A DNA stretch of 64,000 bases from NCBI GenBank assembly GCA_001661245.1, contig KV454013.1, forward strand, positions 962,502 to 1,026,501, given 5' to 3'. Below are positions 11,720 through 23,771 of the stretch, piece by piece; positions within the stretch are counted from its first letter, which is position 1; every line of letters starts with the position of its first letter. The notes beneath the pieces were generated by a model, which saw nothing but the letters and a program-made list of their open reading frames with translations, was not told the DNA's origin and ran no database searches. The position numbers were made by a program, and so were the translations under genes. This DNA comes from Pachysolen tannophilus NRRL Y-2460 (taxonomy: Eukaryota).

Positions 11720-13280
11720 ATTTGTACCAACCGTTTTCTTTTAAATTAAAATAAAATATAAAAAAAAAAAGACAAAATTAGCATGATACCTTGTATATTT
11801 GGAAAAAAATTTTTTGAATTGAATTGTTATATTGTCTTCTTTCCACTATATTCAGACAATTGGACCACATATGTTGAATATTCTTAGCTTAGAAAAACTT
11901 TTGTGTAATAGTATTTAGAAAAATTTACTTGTATTAATTGCATCTGTCTTGTAACAGAAACGCAGGTAAATTTTATCATTTAGTTCAAAAAAAAAATTCC
12001 ACTCAGATAGTGCATCGTTATATAGTACTTAAAAATAGGAAAAAATATATATATTTTTTTTAAAAAAGATATCGTGATTACAATAATTCCAATTATTCAT
12101 ATATTAATACTGAATCTTATCAGATTATCAATAAACTGGTTGTCCGTATATTTGTTTGATGCTAAGATAAATTTTGAGGTTGAAAAAGACCTTGTCGCTT
12201 GCAGTTACCTTTCGAACAAGATGTCTAGTCTGCATTATTAATCATGTTCTCCGGCTTGTCAAGAAAAAGGGGATGTTTGATGAAAACTAAAGACCGAAAA
12301 AAAGAAAAATTTAAGAAGGGGTTTAGTACCTTTTCTTCTCGACCAACTAATGGTCTGGAATGGAAATAAGTGTTAGTGAAAGTGGTTAGAGGAAAAAAAA
12401 GACCTCATTCTGAGAATGTTCTGAAAGAACTACATTTAATCCATCAACTTAATATGTATTTTCTGCAGGAAGCACACATATCACAAGATAACTATTCTGA
12501 AAATACTTCAGCTACACCATTTTCTTCACCTTACAACGGAAATGAAGCAATTTTTGTGTTCTTGTTATCGAAAATACTCTCAGATCTAATAAAAAAAATT
12601 CCTGGATTAATGTTAGCAAACAAAACACGGTTTTAAGAATTTCAGATCTCCAGATCTGTACTACCAAGCTTTCAGCCAGCATAAATCTCTCTGTAAAATT
12701 TCTAAAAATTACGTTTTTGATCAAAATATGAAGACAATAAATTATTGGCTATCAGAAGAAGCTTGGGATTATTACGAAAAGTCTTGGCTGGCTGGGTCTT
12801 TCATTATGGAAACTAATAAAGATGAACTTTTAGCTATTCTTTCAAAGAAAAAAAAAAAAAAAAAGGTAGTATACGTAAGTTCTTTCAAGTTTATATTTCT
12901 TCAAGTGAAGTTCCTGTCGTCTTCTCTTCTTATCAACATGCTCATCCTCAAGTATTCTTTTTCTTAAAGTAAAAAAATGCTATTACCAAGGTTTATTAGA
13001 AAAATGTTGAAAAAATATTATTGTGGTTTTTCCACTGTTTTGCAAAAAATTTCACTGAAACTATCTTTCCTGGAAAACCAATCTTTAATAAAATCATTTC
13101 TTTTTCAATTAAGAGGGAGTAAAATATTATAGCAAGTAGAACAAATAAAGATTGTCTAATCGACTTTGATTGTTTACTGCGTATTTAGCTCATACCATTC
13201 TTGATACTTTTATAAATATTCTTTTCAAAATTCTGTATTTTTTGTTTTTTTTAGTATTTTGCAAAATACAAAAATAAATC

Positions 13281-16190
13281 ATGTCAGTTCAACATTCTTA
13301 CAACAAAAATCAAATGGAAATTAACCATAACTCTCAGGAAAGTATAGATATCGTCCCCATAAAGGTGTTGGGACGGAATCATTTAGCCTGTAGTCGCTGT
13401 CGAGCTCACAAAATAAAATGTGATGGTAAAAAACCTCAATGTGAGACTTGTATGAACTTGAATGAAACCTGTTTATACGAGGAGAAAGATAGAAAAGTAG
13501 TTGTAATGCAAAGTCAAATTATGAGATTACAAAATAGAGTAAAGTTCTTGGAGCAGTCAGCTGAAAATATGAAAAAAAGTGAAGTTTCAAATTCATTTGC
13601 AATTAACCACCATCGGGCTACAGTGGTACCTACAGCATTTCCCAACAAACAACAGTTGAATCAAGATAGTAGTTCTTCAAAAGATTTTGACTTTATGGAA
13701 ATCAAAGTCGATCCAGAAAGTGTCATACACCAAGAAAGGGAAAATCATTATTTTAGTCATTTGAACCAGCACCATCCAAATATACAGAGTCTTCTTTTTA
13801 GGGAAAAAGATTCATTCAAAGAAGCTTCAGAAGCCAAAAGCATTTCAAACGCTTACGAGGGCTATAGAATCAACTTTCTGAATGATTTAAGGAAAGGAAA
13901 AAACAAAATGGAACATTATTCTTGTGATGAAGACATTTTACCATCTGGAAATGAAAATTCCCAGAAGACAAATACCGTTCGAAATCAAATTTCAAGTTTA
14001 GGAACAGGTGCACATGAGCTATACCAAGCACTATTAGATGACAAGAGTAGCTTTTATGGCAACAACGGCTTTCAAGATATTGATGATATTTCCAAAAATT
14101 CCGAAATATATTTAAATGAAAAAAATTTTATCTATCCATTTACCGGGACTATTGTTTTACCAGAGAAATCTTTTGCGATGCAATTGGTCAGCCTTGCAAT
14201 TGATAGGACAAAAATGTTATTCTATTTGTACGATGAAACGGTCTTTAAGTCCAAGGTTGATGTCTTATATCAAGATATGAAGACCCAGGATCCAAAATTT
14301 TTATGTAAATTACTTGCCACTTTAGCCATTGGGGAACAGTTTTATTTTGCCAAGTTAACAAATCAGGATACCAATGTTTTCCTCGGAGGATATCGAAATG
14401 GAATGAATTCAGGAACTCCTGGTTTGAAATTTTTCAAGTTAGCTATTCAACTATTCCAGTATAATCAATTTGGTACATCTCTTTCAGATATTCAAAGTTG
14501 TATTTTATTAAGCTATAATTTTTTAGCGTTAAACAAAATCAAGGATGCTCATCTACATTCTAAGATAGCTATAGAGCTATCTTTGATTAAAGGTCTTCAC
14601 AGAAAGTATGATTGTGCTATTAATTCAATACAAGAAGAAGAAAGAGAAAAAAGAAAAAGAGTATGGTGGACAGCATTTTGCGTAAATTCGCTAATCATAA
14701 TGAAACTCAATATTCCAAGTGCTATTGATCTCACGGAAACGGATGTGGAGTTACCTAATGAGAACTATATTGATTTACAAGATGGATTTGAGATTGGATC
14801 ATTAAATGCACTTGTTCATATTTTTAAATATGTAAATCGGGTAATGCATAATGTTTCCAATCCATTAATGAGATCACTTGAAAATACGGTTTCTCCAGAT
14901 GAAGACTTGATTTTAAAGCAGAAAATTGACGCAATAGTTATTCTTTTGAGACAACTTGATAATGGACCAGGAAAAATGTTTAAGGAGATTTTCGATAAAG
15001 CCGGAAACGATTTCTACATAAATGCTCCACTAAGAAATAGGACCGCAATAAACGTTGCCTTGTTCTACAATCAGGTTATTCTTATTTTAACACGGCCTTT
15101 AGTTTACTCGTACTTAATGGGAATGATACCTCACTCCGAGGAAGTTTTGAATGCAACAAAATTCGCTTTTCAAAGTGCTTGTAATAATGTTGACTATCTT
15201 TGGTATTTAAGAGAAAATAATTTTTTATCCACATTTGGTTTTCAAGATAGTCAATTTTGTTTTTCAGCACTATTAATTTTAATAGTTGCTAACTCAGTTA
15301 ATTTTAGTTTTCCTCAAATGTCAAAAGGTGTTGAGCTAATAACTTTTATGGCAAAATGTGGAGGTCCCGTTGCAAGAATTCATCTTTCTAAAATAATATC
15401 ATTAGAGAAACATTTGATTGACCTTGGAAGTAAACCAATCTCGGGTATTGAGTTGTCTTCAATGATTAATTATGAAATGCCACAGGAGTTAAGAACTAAC
15501 ATCACTGATGATCAAAGTTCTCCTGAGAAAAAAGAAAGCATGATTATAATAAAGACAGAAGAAATTCAAGATAAAGATGATGATAACGAAATTGCAGCTT
15601 CGAATTTCAGAAATTTTTCATTTAAAGAAAAAATTCCAAAAACTTCAAATAGCTTATCAATTAATATTCCCTTTACTCGGAATTTTTTTGCTGATTATCC
15701 AAATGCTGATCAACAAACTTCTGACAGCATTAAAAATAGCACAACTTTCCCTTTAAGCCAATCTTCCAAGTTTGATTCAAGATTTTCACTTGGACATTCC
15801 AGATCTTTCTCAGAAAGTGTATTACCCCAGGCAACATCATCTGCACATCCCACAAAATTTCAGCAGGCATCCTTCCTGCAATCCCCAAACATCCCAACAG
15901 AATTGCTCAATAAATCTAATGCATCACCTTCCTTATTGTTTAACTCGCATGATTTTTTCCAACAATGGAGCGGCTTAACTAGTGAAAATTCTCTTTTTTC
16001 CTTTCCTGGCACTCAAAATTTATTTAATGATTCCAATCCAAATTTTCAGTTTCCAAATACTTGCAACGCAGATTCTTATGATAGCCAAGTTTCTATAACA
16101 CATGAGAATACAACAAATAGTTCCAATAGATCGTCTGATAGTAATTTTGACATATCGTCTCTTACAAAAGGAGTAACCGAAAAACAGTGA
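13281..16190 (+). CDS. Zn(II)2Cys6 transcription factor with Fungal_trans middle homology region (Put3/Thi1-like layout)
   Basis: ACSRCRAHKIKCDGKKPQCETC..C, coiled coil, GLHR and RKRVWWT. Confidence 0.9.
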   Translation: MSVQHSYNKNQMEINHNSQESIDIVPIKVLGRNHLACSRCRAHKIKCDGKKPQCETCMNLNETCLYEEKDRKVVVMQSQIMRLQNRVKFLEQSAENMKKSEVSNSFAINHHRATVVPTAFPNKQQLNQDSSSSKDFDFMEIKVDPESVIHQERENHYFSHLNQHHPNIQSLLFREKDSFKEASEAKSISNAYEGYRINFLNDLRKGKNKMEHYSCDEDILPSGNENSQKTNTVRNQISSLGTGAHELYQALLDDKSSFYGNNGFQDIDDISKNSEIYLNEKNFIYPFTGTIVLPEKSFAMQLVSLAIDRTKMLFYLYDETVFKSKVDVLYQDMKTQDPKFLCKLLATLAIGEQFYFAKLTNQDTNVFLGGYRNGMNSGTPGLKFFKLAIQLFQYNQFGTSLSDIQSCILLSYNFLALNKIKDAHLHSKIAIELSLIKGLHRKYDCAINSIQEEEREKRKRVWWTAFCVNSLIIMKLNIPSAIDLTETDVELPNENYIDLQDGFEIGSLNALVHIFKYVNRVMHNVSNPLMRSLENTVSPDEDLILKQKIDAIVILLRQLDNGPGKMFKEIFDKAGNDFYINAPLRNRTAINVALFYNQVILILTRPLVYSYLMGMIPHSEEVLNATKFAFQSACNNVDYLWYLRENNFLSTFGFQDSQFCFSALLILIVANSVNFSFPQMSKGVELITFMAKCGGPVARIHLSKIISLEKHLIDLGSKPISGIELSSMINYEMPQELRTNITDDQSSPEKKESMIIIKTEEIQDKDDDNEIAASNFRNFSFKEKIPKTSNSLSINIPFTRNFFADYPNADQQTSDSIKNSTTFPLSQSSKFDSRFSLGHSRSFSESVLPQATSSAHPTKFQQASFLQSPNIPTELLNKSNASPSLLFNSHDFFQQWSGLTSENSLFSFPGTQNLFNDSNPNFQFPNTCNADSYDSQVSITHENTTNSSNRSSDSNFDISSLTKGVTEKQ

Positions 16191-16614
16191 GCAGTAACGA
16201 AATTTATGGTAAAAAAGCAAAGGCAAAAAAAAAAAAAGATCGTTCTGATATATAATACTGCTAATTGTTTTAGTTTGGCTTTTAGGTCGTATTTTTGAGT
16301 AGCCGAGGTCAGATTACCCAGGTGATCTCCATCGTTATAAGACCCTCCTTTACAAACCTTTACCTTAGTACAATTCTACTCTTTAGATCTCTCTATTTTT
16401 GTTTCTGCCAAGTTAAAAAAAACCTTTTTTTTTTTTTTTTTTGCAGGTAAAATTGAGAAGAATTTTAACGGTTATAAGAAACCTATGAAGGGGCAATATA
16501 GTACCGAATATATTGTATAAATGATGTTGCAATCATTGTTTTTTTTTTTTTTTTTCTTTATTTTACTATTTGCCACTTTTCCTTATAATTCATCAAATTT
16601 ATTAAAGAATCTCA

Positions 16615-17568
16615 ATGTCAACTGCTGGTAAAATTCCATTGAAGCATATTGTTCAAATCAACGTTGAAAAGGCAGCAAGTCTACCTGAAAAATGTGTGGG
16701 GGTATTTATAGGTGGAACTTCAGGTATAGGTGAACACTCAGCGTATGCTTATGCAAAATATATCAAATCTCCAACTATTTATCTTGTTGGAAGAAATGAA
16801 ATTGCAGCAACTAATATCATTGAAAAATTGAAAACAATAAATAATAATAAAGATGCAAAATATGAGTTTATAAAAACGGACGTTTCATTAATTAAGGAAG
16901 ATAATAAGCTTTTAAAACAAATTTTGGAAAAAGAAGAAAAAGTTAATACTTTGGTACTTACTACAGGTTTTCTTTCTTTCAATGGTAGAACTGAAAATTC
17001 AGAAGGAATAGATGTCAAGTTAGGAGCACATTATTATGGTAGGATGAGAGTAATTGATGGTTTAATTCCTTTATTGAAAAAATCCGCTGAAAGAGGTGAA
17101 CCTTCCAGGGCCATCTCTGTACTCGAACCTGGAAATGAAAGAATTGAGTATCCAAACGATTTGGACTTGAAAGAACCACGTCACTACAGTTTAAGATCTG
17201 CAAAAGATCATGCTTGTACTATGAACTCTTACGCCATTGAGAGATTTGCAAGACTTTATCCAGATTCCACTTTTGTTCATATGTTTCCTGGTTTTGTTGC
17301 CACCAATGCAGCCAGAGATCTTCCTTGGTATTTAAAATCGGCCACAGATTTAATAGCAAAAAGTTTAGGTAGAAATCCGGCAGATGTGGGTGAAAGAGTG
17401 ATTTACGCTGGTTTAACTGGTGAGGAGTTTAAACCTTGTGGAAAGGGTCTCTTGGTAAGCGATGACTTGAAATTACTATCGCCAAAAATTGATTTAACTG
17501 AAAAGGAACAAGAAAGAATTTGGAATCATACTTTAGATGTCTTCAAACAGGCCTCAGGTAAAAATTGA
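16615..17568 (+). CDS. Short-chain dehydrogenase/reductase (fungal NAD(P)-binding type)
   Basis: GGTSGIG, YLVGRN, HYYGR and FVHMFPGFVAT. Confidence 0.85.
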   Translation: MSTAGKIPLKHIVQINVEKAASLPEKCVGVFIGGTSGIGEHSAYAYAKYIKSPTIYLVGRNEIAATNIIEKLKTINNNKDAKYEFIKTDVSLIKEDNKLLKQILEKEEKVNTLVLTTGFLSFNGRTENSEGIDVKLGAHYYGRMRVIDGLIPLLKKSAERGEPSRAISVLEPGNERIEYPNDLDLKEPRHYSLRSAKDHACTMNSYAIERFARLYPDSTFVHMFPGFVATNAARDLPWYLKSATDLIAKSLGRNPADVGERVIYAGLTGEEFKPCGKGLLVSDDLKLLSPKIDLTEKEQERIWNHTLDVFKQASGKN

Positions 17569-18477
17569 AAGCTTCCTTTTTTCTTTTTTTCTTTTTTTTC
17601 GCTTTTCTTTGTATGGGTTTAAAATTTTTTTCTTTTGAGATATCTTTAAAAAATATATATCTATTTATTAGTATACTTATTAAGTAATATTACTTGAATT
17701 ATCTTTAAATATCAAATTAAAAAGAATGTTCGATTTAGCCATTCACAATTCCAGATCATAAAAAGAAAAGAAGAAAAAAATTTTTTTTTTCTTTCTAGTC
17801 TAGTCTATGTATAGTAAAATAATGTCCCGTCAAGTTTTTCCGAGCGGCACAAATGTTAATCATCGTGCAGATTTTATGTTAAGCGAAACTTAGATCTGTA
17901 TGACACAATAAACATTTTAAGGGAAACACGTAGCGTAACAACAGGGTTCACAGATGAGTAACGGTAGAAGAATTAAAGTATTCATCTGAAATAGATTTAA
18001 GGTTAAATCTCTTTTCTTTTATCTTCTAACGTCTAGAAGCCCACCCGTCCACTTTAGAATTTTGCTCATATAAATCAGATTAGATTATTAACGAAAGTGG
18101 TACTGAGAAAGATTTTTCAGAAATTCTATAACCAAAAATTCTAGATCTCTAACTATATTTCAAATCTTAAGAATTTAAGTTTTTAAAATTTTTAAAGACT
18201 GTTATCCAATCATATCTCACCTCTTCCAATTTCATGAAAATTTTTTTCAATGTTCGTTAGTCAGAAGCGCTAGACGATTATGCACAAAAGATAGAATTTC
18301 AACGGTGCGGCGCGTTTAAACGTTGAGATAGTAGTCTGAGAAATCATATATAAATGGAAGAACTTTTCTTCCAATCTTCTAAAATTATTCATTCAATTTC
18401 ATTCTTCAGATATTCTTGAATTATAAATAATAGTATAGAAAAAAATTATTTAATAATAATAAATAAAAAATAAAAAA

Positions 18478-19686
18478 ATGCTTTCAGGAATCAGTTTACA
18501 AAACGTCGCTCTTTTCTTAGCTGTTGGTTCTTTATCAGTTGCTGCAGACCCTGCAGGTCATGCAAATAAAGCACCACAACATCATAAGCACCATTCACAT
18601 CAAGACTTCAAGAGAGGAAATACATGTTCTTTCCCAACTAATGATGGCTTAGTGAGTATCACTCCAAATGAACAAAATGGTGGTTGGGCAATGAATACCA
18701 ACCAACAATGCACTTCTGGTAATTATTGTCCATACGCTTGTCCTTCTGGTCAATTAATGCTGCAATGGGATACTAGTGCCACAAGCTATACTTATCCAGA
18801 ATCTCAATACGGTGGTTTACACTGTAATGATGATGGTACAGTTTCCAAACCATTTTCTAACAAAGGTTACTGTTATGATGGTAAAGGTACCGTTAAAGTA
18901 AATAACAATGCAGGTAGTGATGTCGCTTTCTGCCAAACTGTCTTACCTGGAAATGAAGCAATGTTGATTCCAACAAATATTGGTTCTGGTTCTACAGAGA
19001 CGATAGCTGTTCCTGGTACTGAATATTGGGCACAAACAGCTGCACATTATTATATTAATCCACCTGGTGTTTCCACATCGGATGCTTGTGCTTGGGGTAC
19101 TAGTTCCAATACCTATGGTAACTGGGCTCCTTACGTTGCTGGTGCAAATATGGATGGATCTCAAAATACTTTTGTCAAGATTGGATGGAACCCAGTTTAT
19201 TTGTCTGCTTATTCAAACACAAAACCAAATTTTGGTATTAGAATCACCTGTGATGATGAAAGTAAATGTAATGGTTTACAATGTGAAATTGATCCAAGTA
19301 ATGGTGTTAACAGTGTTAACGCTTCTTCTTCACAAACTGGTTCCGGTAGTGCCAAATACTGTGTTGTAACTGCTGAACAAGGTTCCACTGCTAAGATTGA
19401 AGTTTTCAGTACTTCCAGTTCTAACAGTAAAAGAGAAGTTAAAGAAACTCTTAAATTCCCACTTTTTGATGGAGAGGATTCCAAAAAGACCAGCAAGGTA
19501 TCAAACAATTCAACTGCCTCATCTGGTTCCTCATCAGCTCCTTCCACCACATCAAATGTCTCGATAGCATCTAACGCATCGATTGCATCGGCTGTTAGTA
19601 CCAGTGGTTCCTACAAGTTACAACCAAATTTCTGCTGCATTGCTTTAGTAATAGTGGCAGTTGTCACTCTTTTCTCAGGAGTTTAA
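18478..19686 (+). CDS. SUN-family beta-glucosidase-like protein (YMR244W/Adg3 type) with hydrophobic C-terminal tail
   Basis: Signal peptide, NGGWAM, CPYACP, FCQTVLPGNEAMLIPT, GNWAPYVAG and FVKIGWNP. Confidence 0.9.
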   Translation: MLSGISLQNVALFLAVGSLSVAADPAGHANKAPQHHKHHSHQDFKRGNTCSFPTNDGLVSITPNEQNGGWAMNTNQQCTSGNYCPYACPSGQLMLQWDTSATSYTYPESQYGGLHCNDDGTVSKPFSNKGYCYDGKGTVKVNNNAGSDVAFCQTVLPGNEAMLIPTNIGSGSTETIAVPGTEYWAQTAAHYYINPPGVSTSDACAWGTSSNTYGNWAPYVAGANMDGSQNTFVKIGWNPVYLSAYSNTKPNFGIRITCDDESKCNGLQCEIDPSNGVNSVNASSSQTGSGSAKYCVVTAEQGSTAKIEVFSTSSSNSKREVKETLKFPLFDGEDSKKTSKVSNNSTASSGSSSAPSTTSNVSIASNASIASAVSTSGSYKLQPNFCCIALVIVAVVTLFSGV

Positions 19687-20383
19687 AATTTTCAAAAACT
19701 TTTTTTATTTATTTAAAGACAACGAATTTCGTTGATTCAACAGCTGCTTTATTGGGTTAATCCGGCAGGTTAGATTTATTTTTTATTTAGAATTTAAATT
19801 TGAGTACAGAAGATGAAAGGATTTTACACATTCATTTTTTTAAACTTTTAAACTTTTACTTTCACTTATATATCAAATCCAACTTATTCTTACTCCTCAC
19901 CACTAAAAGTTTGCTTTTTTTTGGTTATAGAAATTTTATATACTTTTCAATATATTTTATCATATATTATGGTTAAAACTGTTACTTCCCCACCATTATT
20001 ATGTGTAGTTTATCTTAGTTCTTAGTAGTGTTAATGCCACCAATTGGCTCTCTAATTGACCTGTAAGTGTGGCGGGACGCTACCGTGCCAGCCCCTGAAT
20101 TTTTTTTTTAATTTAACCGGCGGGAAGCCGCCTAAAATACCCCGATAAGGTACCCGCCGGCGGAAAACATAGCATAATGTTGATTTAGTTCTTGGTGAAG
20201 AGATCACCACCACACCAATACATTTATTCATTTATGAATTTATAAATTTATAAGACATCTGTTCCCCAATTTTTCTTCTTGTTCCTTTTTGAGATTGTTG
20301 ATCAGTTTTTTTCTTTCTTTTTCCTTTTTTTCCATTAATATATCAATTGATTGATTTGATTAGGCCAAATAGCTTTATTTAAA

Positions 20384-21187
20384 ATGTCATTAGCACAGAA
20401 AAGATTAGCCAATAAAGTTGTTTTAATCACTGGTGCCTCTGCTGGTATTGGTGAAAGCACTGCAAGAGAGTATGCTGCAGTTGCTAATGGAGAAATCAAG
20501 TTAATTCTTACTGCTAGAAGGATTGAAAAATTAGAATCTTTGAAATCAGAATTGGAAGCCAAATACCAAAATATTAAAGTTTTTGTTGGCTTTTTAGATG
20601 TTACTAAATTTGATAAAGTTTCAATTTTTTTAGAAAACTTGCCTTCAGATTTTAAAGAGATTGATATTCTTATTAACAATAGTGGTAAGGCTTTAGGTTT
20701 GGATCCAGTTGGTGAAATTTTACAACAAGATGTTGAAGAAATGTTTCAAACTAATGTCCTCGGTTTAATAAATTTGACACAATTGGTCCTTAAAGGTATG
20801 AAACAAAGAAATAGAGGTGATATTGTGAACTTGGGTTCAGTTGCTGGAAGAGATGGTTACCCTGGAGGTTCCATTTACTGTGCTACAAAATCAGCATTAA
20901 GAGCTTTTACTCAGTCATTAAGAAAAGAATTGATAAACACCAAGATTAGAGTCATTGAAATCGATCCAGGTAATGTAGAAACCGAATTTTCAAATGTTAG
21001 ATTTAAAGGTGATGTTGAAAGAGCTAAAAAAGTTTATGAATCCACTGAACCTTTAATTGCTGATGATATTGCTGATCTAATTGTCTATACAACTTCTAGA
21101 AAAGAAAACACTGTAATTGCAGAAACATTAATCTTTTCAACCAATCAGGCAGGTGCTTATCACATTTACCGCGGTCCTTTTAACTAA
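20384..21187 (+). CDS. NADP-dependent 3-hydroxy-acid dehydrogenase (YMR226C/YdfG-type SDR)
   Basis: [21 protein letters not shown] and [13 protein letters not shown]. Confidence 0.9.
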   Translation: MSLAQKRLANKVVLITGASAGIGESTAREYAAVANGEIKLILTARRIEKLESLKSELEAKYQNIKVFVGFLDVTKFDKVSIFLENLPSDFKEIDILINNSGKALGLDPVGEILQQDVEEMFQTNVLGLINLTQLVLKGMKQRNRGDIVNLGSVAGRDGYPGGSIYCATKSALRAFTQSLRKELINTKIRVIEIDPGNVETEFSNVRFKGDVERAKKVYESTEPLIADDIADLIVYTTSRKENTVIAETLIFSTNQAGAYHIYRGPFN

Positions 21188-22062
21188 TTTTATAATAATA
21201 CATAGTAATTATATAGTTAATTCTTTCAATTTGTTGTGGTTAATTAATCATTTCAATTCCTCTATAAATTTTGTATGAAAGAAATTTATTTCCTCGGAAA
21301 AATGCTCTAACTCCAAGTAGAAAAAAGAACATTCTTTTCTTTTTTTTATTACTTTTTTTACATTCGAGCTACTAAGCTACTAAGCTACTAAAGTTAATGT
21401 AGATTGTAAATATAGTAAGTAAATAGTTAATTGGAGGAGAAGATGTGGTCATCTATACCTCATAGCTGGAGTAACAATTATAGATACACATGTATATAGA
21501 GGTGCTTTTTTTCAAACTCATCCCAAAATATTTAATACCGAAAAAAAGCAATAATGAAAAAAAAAAAAAGACTATACATTATCTTAAGACTAACCATGCA
21601 TTCATTAAACATTAATACTAACTAATTGTACACAAAATTAATAATAAATTAGACCCTGTAGGAAAGTCCATTTAGAATTTATTTAAAATTAATTTTAATT
21701 TTAATTTTAATTTTGATTTCATGGCAAATCACCAATGCGCATGGTAAATTATTTTATATGAAAGGCTTTCAAATTTTTTTTTTACCTGCGGTGGATTTAA
21801 CTTTCGTAGCAAATGAATTTTTTCAATTTATAAAGGAGAAATTAGACACTGTAATATAAAACTAACAGAAATATAAATTTGAGCAAAAAAGTGAAATAAA
21901 GTCCAATCATCCTCATCCTAGATGACTATTAAGAAAGCCAAAAGGCAAAGCTAACAAAAAAGAAAAAAGTGAAAAAAAAAAAAAAAAAAAAAGAAAAAAG
22001 AAAAGAAAAGAAAAAAAAAGAAGCCTGCTTTCACCGCAACAGCATATTCAACACCAACATCA

Positions 22063-22982
22063 ATGGACTCGGCATTTAACAGCTACAACAATCCATCCAA
22101 TACTGCCATGAATCCTAACTATAACACCGGTGAATATACAGTTGGTCAATCATTCAACAATACAACCACATCACCGTTTGAAAGTTTAAACTTATCAGAC
22201 ATACCTAGTCTTTCAAGTTCAAGAACAAATAGTTTTGCTTCCAACACTTTGATATCACCATTGACGAGCAATAATAGTAATGGTATTCTTAATTCAAGTA
22301 CTGTAAGCTCAAATTCTAATACAGGATCATTAAATAATTCAGTGAATCCATCGAATTTTCCAAACCCAACTAAAAAAATGAAAAAACTTTACTACCAGAA
22401 AGTAAAAGATTAATTTTACCTAGTACTGCTTCAATATCTGTTACATCAAGTCCAACGAAAACATCATCATTAGATTATAATTTAAACGATCTCGTTAAAT
22501 TTCAAAAAATTAGAAGACCTTCATATTCATCAGATTCATCTTTGTCTTCAATGTCAGATACAAATGGTCAGAATAATAACTCCAATTTTTTCAATCCATC
22601 ATCTAATCGTCGTCATTCAGATTCAAGATTATCACTTGCTGAATTAACATCTTTTTTAAAATTGGGTGATGATTTGAAAGAAACTGCCACCCGTGAGAAA
22701 AATATCTTGACCGTATTAAAAGATGAATTAGGTTTTGAATTGGGTTTAAAGACTTGGATAAGAGATACTTCTTTAGCTAAAAGAGTTCAATTAATTGAAA
22801 ATTTGACTGAAATTGTCGAAAACCGATACCACTACGGTTACGATAAGAAGATTATAGAAGTTATCGTAAGAAGAGCAAGTTATTATACAATGCAAGGAAG
22901 ACTTAGGAGAGAAAGGAGAATTGAACAAAAGGGTAAGATGAACTTGTCTTTGGTCAATAAAGTCAGAAAAAATAAAAAATAA
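22063..22982 (+). CDS. YBL029W-like protein, interrupted by a 1-nt frameshift near 22372-22386
   Basis: The 22542 ORF frame is open back to the A-runs at 22372-22386; C-terminal LGLKTWIRDTS and RRASYYTMQGRLRRERR resemble the YBL029W-type domain. Confidence 0.7.
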
Positions 22983-23186
22983 TTGTAGCAGAGTAGTATA
23001 TAATTTTGATATTTACTTCTCACTCTCAGTTCACTCCCCAAATATACATATATATATGTGTCATTTCTTTGTCTCTTTTCAGGTTTACATTTGTTTCGTT
23101 TTTTCTTTTTTTTTTTTTATTAAGCTATATTTCTTATCAGTTATTTATTTCATTATTTTGTATTTATTGCTTTTATATGGTTGTTA

Positions 23187-23771
23187 CTATTTTGTAATCG
23201 TAGCTAATGTATTAACAACGTTATCACCGGAACAATTACGAGTCAACATCTGCAACTCTTCTTGTAGCTTATCAATTATCACATTATGTTCATCTTTACT
23301 ATTGCCATTGCCGTTTGCATTACTATTGCCATTGCTATTGCCATTGATATTAGTGTTCCTAATGTGGCTTCCGTCATCATTGTTTTGATGTTTGTCTATA
23401 TTTACCAAGTTTTTATCCCATTCTGAATTTGCCATATTTATAAAATCAGCCTCAGAATTCATATTGAACATACCAAAATTGGTTAAATCTTTATCATTGG
23501 CAACTATTGGATCTCCTAAATTAAAACTATAACTCTTCAAAGATTGATCATTATCATATAGTCCTCCCAACAAGGCACCATATGGGTTTTCAAGCAACAG
23601 CAGACCATCGTTCATCAAACCTATTTGGTGATGAGCATTACCATTACCATTACCACTGCCACCGTTATTACTATTGAATCCCAACAACGATGATTTCTGT
23701 GTGGCTGTTGAGTTACTGCTATTGGTACCATAGATATCTAATAGTGCCTGGTTAAATAAACACTGATCCAT
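23187..23771 (-). CDS. Hypothetical Asn/Gly-rich protein
   Basis: 194-aa ATG-initiated ORF with NGNGNG tracts like other genes here; no family recognised. Confidence 0.45.
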   Translation of the reverse strand: MDQCLFNQALLDIYGTNSSNSTATQKSSLLGFNSNNGGSGNGNGNAHHQIGLMNDGLLLLENPYGALLGGLYDNDQSLKSYSFNLGDPIVANDKDLTNFGMFNMNSEADFINMANSEWDKNLVNIDKHQNNDDGSHIRNTNINGNSNGNSNANGNGNSKDEHNVIIDKLQEELQMLTRNCSGDNVVNTLATITK

